64,000 nt of DNA from a virus: the IMG/VR virus record IMGVR_UViG_3300020201_000015, positions 25,370 to 89,369 of that record; one strand, given 5' to 3'. Shown in pieces: positions 27,774-35,610 of the stretch. The notes beneath the pieces are model-generated. The model searched no databases. It saw nothing but the letters and a program-made list of their open reading frames with translations, and had not been told where the DNA came from. Both the position numbers and the translations under genes were made by a program. The number at the start of each line of letters is the position of its first letter. The first letter of the stretch is position 1.

Positions 27774-28578
27774 GCCGCGACTATCCGCGGACGACGTCCG
27801 GGCGTGGGACATCTGGCGCAGGGCTGCGCTGGTCCACGCTCGGTCGCAGCGACACCTGCGCGCTGTTGACAAGGCTCGGCGCATCGTCGCCGACGGGCTC
27901 GAGAAGGCTCCGCGTGCGGCGCTGATGTGGAGCGGAGGCAAGGACTCCACCGCGATGACGCACTTGGTTTGCGTCGACATGGGCGCCGGCGTCGACGTGA
28001 TCAGCGAGAAGGACGACCTCGACTACCCAGGCGAGGTCGAGTACGTGACGGCGCTTGCGGAAGCCTGGGGCTGCAAGCTTCGTATCGTCACGCCAGGGCA
28101 GTCGCCGGTGGCTTGGATGGATGCGCACGCGCACGAGCTTGACGCTGGCGACGACATCCACTCGCGCGCGGCCGGGCTTAGCAAGGCGTGCTTCTATGCG
28201 CTAGTCGAGGCCGCTACGACGTCGTACGACGGCATCTTGCTAGGGCTCCGGCAGGAGGAGAGCCACGGCCGACGGATGAACGCCGCGACGCACGGGGCGT
28301 GCTACCGGCGCAAGTCTGGGCAGTGGACGATCGCGCCGCTCACCTACTGGAGCGGACTCGACGTGTTCGCGTACCTTCTCTCGCGCGACATCGATCCACT
28401 GCACGTCTACCGATGCATCGCGTTCATGCACGCGCGCGAGCCATGGCGACTGCGCAAGTCGTGGTGGATACCAGGCGCGAGCTCGCGGCACGGAGGGACA
28501 GCCTGGCTCCGCCACTACTACCCGACCCTGTTTCGCCGCCTGCTCCAGTGGATCCCATCTGAGCGGTCGTTTACCTAG
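27754..28578 (+). CDS. CysH-like PAPS-reductase-family protein (type IV-B associated type)
   Basis: WSGGKDS, LGLRQEESHGR, PLTYWSGLDVFAYL, WLRHYYP. Confidence 0.8.
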   Translation: MTSSAREPRLSADDVRAWDIWRRAALVHARSQRHLRAVDKARRIVADGLEKAPRAALMWSGGKDSTAMTHLVCVDMGAGVDVISEKDDLDYPGEVEYVTALAEAWGCKLRIVTPGQSPVAWMDAHAHELDAGDDIHSRAAGLSKACFYALVEAATTSYDGILLGLRQEESHGRRMNAATHGACYRRKSGQWTIAPLTYWSGLDVFAYLLSRDIDPLHVYRCIAFMHAREPWRLRKSWWIPGASSRHGGTAWLRHYYPTLFRRLLQWIPSERSFT

Positions 28579-28626
28579 CCTTTCCGAGGCCTTGCGGGCG
28601 AGTCGAGGAAAGATCGTCGAAACACC

Positions 28627-28698
28627 TTGCACGGGGTACGTGCCGGGTGCATACTCCTCTTGCCACCGAGACACGGACCCCCCGAAAGGACCCCGACC
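28627..28698 (+). promoter_or_regulatory. repeated early promoter + leader, copy 2
   Basis: TTGCAC-N17-CATACT-cctcttgccaccgagacacggaccc..aaggaccccgacc-ATG. Confidence 0.8.
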
Positions 28699-29141
28699 AT
28701 GAAGACCAAGGTAACCATCTCACAACGCGCCGACATCGAGGCCGCTCGCGTCTCGTCGACAGACGCCACGTTTGTGGCCGTGTGCGAGGCCGCGCTAGGC
28801 GGCCCGATGGCGCCCAACCCGATGGGGGCAGGCAAGGTCGGAGCAAAGGGCGCGATCGCGTACCTGCGATCCATTAGGGTGATCGAGGTGGCGTCGTGAG
28901 CGAGTACACTTTTGGTCTACGTGGCGCGACTGAGACGCGCGATCTTTGCCGCCCCAAAAACCGGGCAAAGATCCGCAGGATTGAAACGCTGCACGGCGTC
29001 ACCTGGACGTCGTACGAAGGACCGGAGAAGCGCCTCAGGTCCTGGTTCTCCGGGCCGAACAAGGGGGAGCCGTTCGACCGCTCGCTCGCGGCTGACGTGC
29101 TAGCCAGCATGGTGGCCGCAGGTCTCGACTCCACGACCTGA

Positions 29142-29233
29142 GCCTCGACCCTCCGTGTCTGCCTGCCTCCACGAGGCTGGCGGACGCGGGCGCTGAGCCC
29201 GACCTGACACGGACCTAACAAGGACCCCGACCC
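29142..29233 (+). repeat. structured intergenic repeat, copy A
   Basis: CGTGTCTGCC-T-GCCTC-cac-GAGGC-T-GGCGGACGCG hairpin plus GGGC-gctga-GCCC hairpin. Confidence 0.8.
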
Positions 29234-29776
29234 ATGACCACATCGAAGACCGCCGCCGCCGCCAACACCCTCGCACTCGTGGCGCATGCGCGCCGCGTCG
29301 CCAGTATCGGATCGATGATCCGGATGACGGCTAAGCGCTGCGCCCAGGAGGCTCAGTGGGCGCTCGGCAGGGGCGACATCTACGCCTATCACACGCTGCT
29401 CGATGCGGAGACCGCGATTCGCACTCCCCTGCGCATGGTGTTCTTGCAGCCGAGGCCCGCGCCGATCGCGGCGCCGGTCAAGAAGGCCGCGATGAGCGAT
29501 GCCGCTGCACTCGCGGCTGCCGTGGCGGCCGCCGAGGCGATGCCGGAGGAGCGGGAGCGCGTCGCTGTCGACGCGGCCGCCGAGCCGATGGTCCGCCGGA
29601 TCATCGAGGCGGCGGCGCTGACGAGCGCGGTGTGGTGGCCCGAGAGCGAAGAAGAGGACGGCGCCCGCACGGTGGAGCTCGACCTCATTCAGGCGCGCCG
29701 CCTGACCCACGCACTCGGTGCCGCAGGCGTCTCCTACTCCTACAGCGAGGGCATGTAGAAAGATCTGCGATAGTTC

Positions 29777-29845
29777 TTGCACTGGGTACGCGCCCGGTGC
29801 ATACTCCTCTTGCCACCTGACACGGACCACGAAGGACCCCGACCC
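29777..29845 (+). promoter_or_regulatory. repeated early promoter + leader, copy 3
   Basis: TTGCAC-N17-CATACT-cctcttgccacctgacacggacc..aaggaccccgaccc-ATG. Confidence 0.8.
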
Positions 29846-30312
29846 ATGAACGCAATGATCGCACTCGCAAAAATCTCCGACATGCACATCCGGGCGCTGC
29901 ACGCCGACGCGGTGCACGGCAGGGCTGCGACCCTCGCACTGGTGGGGCCCGACTCAGGGCCCGAAGCGGACGTCTGGTACGAAGCCGCTTGCGCCGTAGT
30001 GAAGGTCTACAGCGCGGAAATCTTCCGGCGCCATATCGTCCGCGCGGAAGCCGCGGTGGCGACGTGACCGCCGTCGCCACGCACACCGCAGAAGACTGGG
30101 TATCGTCGATCGTCCCGATCTGTTGGGTCAATGGTGAGGCGCACTCGACTCGGCAAGTCGACGCTGGTCGCGAGGTCTACGTGGCGGTCCTTCGTGGTGC
30201 CAGCACGCGACCGTCTTACGCCTTCTCGCGGCGCGACCTGGCCCAAACCATGCTTGGAACTTGGGCCGGCGATGTGCTGAGCGTCACCCTGCGCTCGGAT
30301 GTGGCGGCCTGA

Positions 30313-30407
30313 GGCCTCGCCTTCCGTGTCTGCCTGCCTCCTCGGAGTCTGGTAGACGCGGGCGCCGAGCCCGACAGACACGGACCCAACCAAGGACCAC
30401 CGACCCC
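30313..30407 (+). repeat. structured intergenic repeat, copy B
   Basis: Same two hairpins as copy A with different loops. Confidence 0.8.
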
Positions 30408-32057
30408 ATGACCATCTCGACTGCCGCAGCCCTCATCGCCCGATCCATCTCGCACACGGAGATCGCGTCCGCTACCTGGTCGACGGAACTCGCAGCCGCA
30501 CTCGACATCGAGTGCGACGACGGCGTCGACGCCAGCGACACCGTCACGGAGTACTGGGGCGTGACGCTCGACGGCGACGAGTGGCGCGTCCACCTGACCG
30601 GCGCGCGCTCGGTCGAGGTGGCGTCGTGAGCGCGGCGCTCGTCGCCTCGGTCGACGCGATCGCGGACAGGCGCGTCGAGGCCCTCACGGCAGCCCTCCAG
30701 CGCCTCGGCTGGAAGTGCCAGCAGGCAGACCTCGACCTCGCCGCGAGGACGGCGAGGATTGCCTTCAAGCACCACACGGGCAGGGTCGTCACCCTGGATG
30801 CTGACGGGCTGGGGCGCGTCTCGCTGACGCGGGAGCAGCACTCGTCGTGCCCCGTGCTGGTGGGTCGCCGTGGCGACCGGCAGAGGGCAGAGCGTCACGT
30901 CGTCGAGTTCATCGGACGCACGCGGCACAGCGGCATCCGCTCCGCCATGCGGAGCCTGGCCGACTACCTGGCCGACAACTCCGGCTGCGACCGTGCCCTG
31001 GCGCGCGCGCCGCTGGCGGGGTTGCTCTCGTCCGAGGTGTCGTCGTGACCGCCGGCGACCGCATCGAGGTCGACGTCTACTTGCACCTGTGCCCCAGGCA
31101 CGAGGGCGCCGGGTGGTGCCCCGAGTACGATGACTGTCAGAACGCTCCGGGCATCTGGGGCACAGACTACCCCGAGCGGAGCTGCGAGGGCGGCGCTCCC
31201 CACCTCGGGGTGCTTCTCGAGGTCGGAGCGGGCCCGACTGCCGGCCGCGTCCGCATCCAGCTTGACGGCGACGCGCAGCCAGAATGGCGCGACATCGAGC
31301 GCGTCTACCCGGCCCAGGCGGCGTCGTGAGCGCCGCGGACGACGCGTCGGAGCGCGTGCGCGCCATGATGGCCCAGGGGACGCCGTACGTGTGGACGGTC
31401 GAGGAGGCGCTGGCGCGACACGCCGAGAACTACGGCTACGAGTCGGATTGGCCCCACTGCGAAGTGTACGAGGACCGCGGGCACCTACTCGCGGAGGTGT
31501 ACCGCATCGGCGCCGTGAGCGCCCAGCTGGAGGCGCTGGTCCGAGCTGCGCTGCTCGCGTCGAGGAACCAGGGGGAGACATGGGGGAGCCGCGGCGGCAG
31601 CAGCTACTACAGCACCGAGGAGGACGTCGCGGTGGTGGATGCAGAGGCGAAGGCCGCCGCTGAGAAGGTCATGCGCGCGATCGCGAGCATCTCGTGAGCG
31701 CCAAGAAGTGCGGCGCGTTCTACGCCGACGCCGACGACGTGAGCGGGCCGTGCGCCCGAGCGTCTGGACACGACGGCAATCACGAGGACCTCCGCGGCGA
31801 CGCCTGGGCGCAGGAGCGGACCGCGACGGCTCCGCCTGCCGTCAGCCCTGCCGAGGCGAAGGGCCGGTGCAAGTCATGAGCGGCGAGCGCGAGCAGCACT
31901 CGGCGGACTGGCAGCGCTTCATCTCTCGCCGCGAGAGCATGGTCGCAGCCGAGCAGTGGGAGGTGTGGAGCGACGGCATGCTTCAGGACAGCTGGCGCAC
32001 GCGGTATCTCGCCCGCCTGCACATGCACTGGATCAAGCTAGCAGCGGGGGTGGCGTC

Positions 32058-32247
32058 GTGAGCGGCAAGGTCGCAGACGACACGTCGCAGCGCTCGCGTT
32101 CGCGCGGGTCGTACCGCTACACGCTCACCACCGACGTGGTCGAGTGGGTACGCGCAGAGGCGGCGCGCCGCCAGGTGTCGGCAAGCGAGGTGGTACAGGA
32201 TGCGCTTGCGGAGGCGCGAGATCGGCTTATTCGAGGGGGGGGGGTAA
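32058..32247 (+). CDS. ribbon-helix-helix protein; end uncertain because of a G10 tract
   Basis: SYRYTLTTDVVEWVRAEAARRQVSASEVVQDAL; as sequenced the frame stays open to 32654. Confidence 0.6.
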
Positions 32248-32257
32248 CAAACAGTTC

Positions 32258-32336
32258 TTGCATGGGGCACGTACCGGGTGCATACTCCTCTTGCCACCGA
32301 GAGACACGGACCCGGACCCCAAAGGACCCCGACCTC
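32258..32336 (+). promoter_or_regulatory. repeated early promoter + leader, copy 4
   Basis: TTGCAT-N17-CATACT-cctcttgccaccgagagacacggaccc..aaggaccccgacc. Confidence 0.8.
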
Positions 32337-32654
32337 ATGAAGACGACGACGACCCACACGATCACCGAGCTTGGCGACTACGGCGCCCGCGTGCACCGCG
32401 GTACGTTCGAGGTCTTCTGCGCCGCCGGCACCAGGCGCGCGGGTGGGGAGTGGGCGATCGTGTCCCGAGACGGGGAGACCAATACGGAGCCGACGGCGTC
32501 CGTCACGGACGGGCCGAAGGGGCCCATCCCCGGGCCCGTGCTCGCTTCTATCCGCGCGGCTCTCGTAGACCTTCCGCGCTCTGAGCATGAGGAGCGAGAG
32601 CGGATGCGACCACTGGTCATCGAAGCCATGTGGAAGCGCCGCGCGGCAGCCTGA

Positions 32655-32739
32655 GGCCTCGCCTTCCGTGTCCGCCCGCCTCATCGGAGGCTGGTAGACG
32701 CGGGCGCTGAGCCCGACCCCCGAAGAAGGACTGACCCCC
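32655..32739 (+). repeat. structured intergenic repeat, copy C
   Basis: Same two hairpins; lacks the downstream GACACGGA. Confidence 0.8.
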
Positions 32740-34077
32740 ATGAAGACCGCGACTGCCGCCATCTCGAGCCCAGACCCCGCCACGGAGACCGTGGACCTGC
32801 GAGCTGAGGCGGTGCCGATTGCCACCCTCGTGCACGGCGACGAGCACGCACAGGTCCAGCGCGGCTACGTCTACCGGTGCAGCGCGGAGAGCGCTGATGC
32901 GAGCGAAGGCGTCGGGTATTTCGGGGACGATTCCCCCCCGTGCGCGGCAGAGTACCTGTGCTGCGCAGACGCGAGCGAGGGCACCTACCTGGTGATCTCG
33001 ACCGAGGCATCTGCCGATGACATCCACGTCGTGGACGGTTGGAATCTCGAACCGGCCGAAGATCTCGAGGTCGGCGAGGTCTTCGACGACGGGGTCTGGG
33101 TCGTCGTCGTCGTCAAGGCCCGGGGCCACCTCTGCACCGTCGCGGGGTCGCTGTGACCGCCCCCGTCGCCGAGCGCCACGACTGGGCGACCGACATGGGC
33201 CTGAGCGCCGAGGACATCGAGCCTCTCACGACCGCGCACCTGTCGGCCGCGGAGATATGGCTCGCGTCTGCGTCGGAGCGGCTCCCTCCCTTCTCGGCGG
33301 TCCGCTACCGCGGTCCGACCGTTGGCTGGTCGCCTCACTCTGGACTGGTCGGGCGCGTCGACACCGGGCCCGTGCTCCTGCCGTGCGGGAACCCGGGCGA
33401 GCACAAACGCGAGCGCCCCATGGCCCTCGTCCGGTTCGCCGACGACCTCGGGGGTATCTACTGCGAGACGGACCGACTCGACGCCCTGGTGTCGGGCGCG
33501 CGCGTCTCGCGCGACATTGCCGACGGAGACGTCCAGCGTGGGCAACTCGTCACGGGGAACGTCGTGGCTCGCAAGCTCTACGGCTGCGGAGATCTCGAGC
33601 TTCACGCGCTCGTTTCGTGGGATGACGTCGAGACCTTGGGCGACGCACTCGACGGGGCGAGAGCATGGGAGCCGCTGCGGTTGCTGGCGTTCGAGGGGCG
33701 CTCATGAGCCTCGAATGCATCGACGGGCCCGATGGATGCCGGGGCGCCGTGCAGGCCAGATGGCCGGGGTACGGGTCGGGCGCTTTCGTCCGATGCGAGC
33801 GCCACGGGGATGCACGCGTCGAGCGGGAGCAAGAGAACAGGCGCAAGTACTTCGGCCCCCAACCTTCTGACTTTTCGCCCGACGACGCGGGCGAGACTTG
33901 GAGCGAGTAGATGGATCCCACTGAAAACTGGAAACGGCAGGCTCTCGCCGCGGCGCAGATCGTCGCTCTCATCGATGCCGAAGGCGACCAGGGCGAGATC
34001 GCAGATCTCGCCAGCAGCCGTCAGCCGGCGCACCTGGCGACATCGACCGCGAGCCGCCCGCTGGCCGAGGTGTCGCA

Positions 34078-34449
34078 GTGACGCCCGTGGCGTTCCGCGA
34101 TCTGGCGATCGTCGCAATCGAGCGGCAGATCGCCGCAGGGTCGAGGCTCGTGTGGGATCGCTGGGGACTGCTCGGCGACGACGGCGCCCCGCTGTCGTGC
34201 GGATGCGCCGTCGCCCTGGTCATCCAGGACGCCGACCCCGCAGCGGCGCGAGAGGTCGTGCGAGATAGCTCATCCTTGGATGCCGACGATGTCCGAGTCG
34301 CCGCGGCCCACGCACTTGGGCTGACGCCGAAACAGGTCGACCAGTTCATCGCCGGGTTCGACGGGCGCGGCGAATGCACCAGCTCATGGCACCTCGCCGG
34401 CATGGCCGTCGCGCATCGGTTCGCCTCTGTCCTGCTGGTGTCGCAGTGA
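34078..34449 (+). CDS. paralog family protein (fifth copy)
   Basis: TPVAFRDLAIVAIERQIAAG, CGCA, FIAGFD. Confidence 0.7.
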   Translation: MTPVAFRDLAIVAIERQIAAGSRLVWDRWGLLGDDGAPLSCGCAVALVIQDADPAAAREVVRDSSSLDADDVRVAAAHALGLTPKQVDQFIAGFDGRGECTSSWHLAGMAVAHRFASVLLVSQ

Positions 34450-34643
34450 ACCGCGCCACCACTACGGAGCACGCGCGGACCAAGCCACGGGTGACCATCG
34501 TCCTGGCGCCCGACGTCCACGCGACCGGCAAGCGCCTTGCCGCGACCGATGGCAGGTCGCTCTCGTCGCTCATCGAGCGGCTCATCCTCGCGGCCGCGGA
34601 CGCATCCAAGCCGGTCAAGGTGCCCCGTCCGCGCGGCAAATGA
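34446..34643 (+). CDS. Arc/CopG-like ribbon-helix-helix regulator
   Basis: KPRVTIVLAPDVHATGKRLAATDGRSLSSLIERLI. Confidence 0.75.
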   Translation: MNRATTTEHARTKPRVTIVLAPDVHATGKRLAATDGRSLSSLIERLILAAADASKPVKVPRPRGK

Positions 34644-34855
34644 TGGCCCGTTGGAAGTGCCCCCACTGTGGTACCGAAGGATGGGATAACGGACCCCGCC
34701 CCGCCCATATGCAAGACCCTAGGAGAGACCACGATCGCCCTTCAGGGGGAAAGTGCAAAAAGAGCGAAGTCCAAAAACCTGCTGTCGATCCACAAATGTA
34801 TGTGTCCGAGTATGTCCCTTTTTGGTGCAACCCCCTTCCCAAGCCCCTTGCCTAG
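34640..34855 (+). CDS. small hypothetical protein, lower GC
   Basis: ATGA-coupled; CPHC motif. Confidence 0.45.
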   Translation: MMARWKCPHCGTEGWDNGPRPAHMQDPRRDHDRPSGGKCKKSEVQKPAVDPQMYVSEYVPFWCNPLPKPLA

Positions 34856-34907
34856 ACCTCCGCCCGAATGCTCTACTAACTAGGCCCCATGCTCTAGGAG
34901 GTGGCCC

Positions 34908-35141
34908 TTGCAATCTTACGGATGGGGCGGCAGTCGGAGCCGCCCCGAAGGGTTTGCAGACGGTGACAACCCGTCCGCCGCTACGGTGGAGCGGCGCAGG
35001 AAAGCCGACATCGGCTTTCTAGCTTGGGTCCGCGAGGCGACGCCGGCTGACCTGGAGGCATCTCTACCTGCGATGAGGGGCTGGAAGAGGGTAGCCGTGG
35101 AGCGCCGGCTCAAGGCTATGGCAGCGCGGCCGCCAGCGTAG
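34908..35141 (+). CDS. small hypothetical protein
   Basis: AGGAGGT at 34896-34902 before a TTG start. Confidence 0.5.
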   Translation: MQSYGWGGSRSRPEGFADGDNPSAATVERRRKADIGFLAWVREATPADLEASLPAMRGWKRVAVERRLKAMAARPPA

Positions 35142-35610
35142 GGAGCCACCCGCTCACGTCGGGCTCGTCGCACTCGGCCGACTCCGCGCGCGCGTCGCAC
35201 GCAGCGCCGAGCACGATGCGCGCCTCGGTGGGTCGCAGGTCAGCCAGCGGGCCCGATCACCAGTCGCAGCGGTCTCGCCCGCAGTCCCAGCAGCGCCGCC
35301 GGTAGGCGTCGTGGTAGCTCCGCGCCACGCCTACGCCACGCCCCGGGCCATCTCCGCTTCGCGCCGCTCGACGCCGCGCCGCAACCGGTGCCGATACTCG
35401 CCGTCGGTCTCGACGTCGCGGCGAGCGGCGTCGACGCCGAGTGCCGCCGCCAGCCTGGCCAGCGCGCCGAGCTCGACGACCTGCAAGTCACCGCCTCGCA
35501 GACGGATCGTTAGCGCCGACTGGTCGCCGAGCGGGCGGGTCGGCTTGCTGCGGCGGATGCGGTTGGATGCGCTGGGCATGACGTAAGCTGTGGACGATGC
35601 GCAGCCGCCG

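Larger units (their letters stand above)
28699..34081 (+). other. early-gene region of about 17 small hypothetical ORFs
   Basis: Mostly coupled ORFs starting at 28699, 28896, 29234, 29846, 30064, 30408, 30626, 31045, 31326, 31694, 31876, 32058, 32337, 32740, 33153, 33704 and 33911. Confidence 0.65.

Noticed and set aside
28579-32740. Repeats downstream of the cas genes as a canonical CRISPR array
   Set aside because: Copies are hundreds to thousands of bases apart, separated by intact genes, and one family is a -35/-10 promoter; there is no regular repeat-spacer period.
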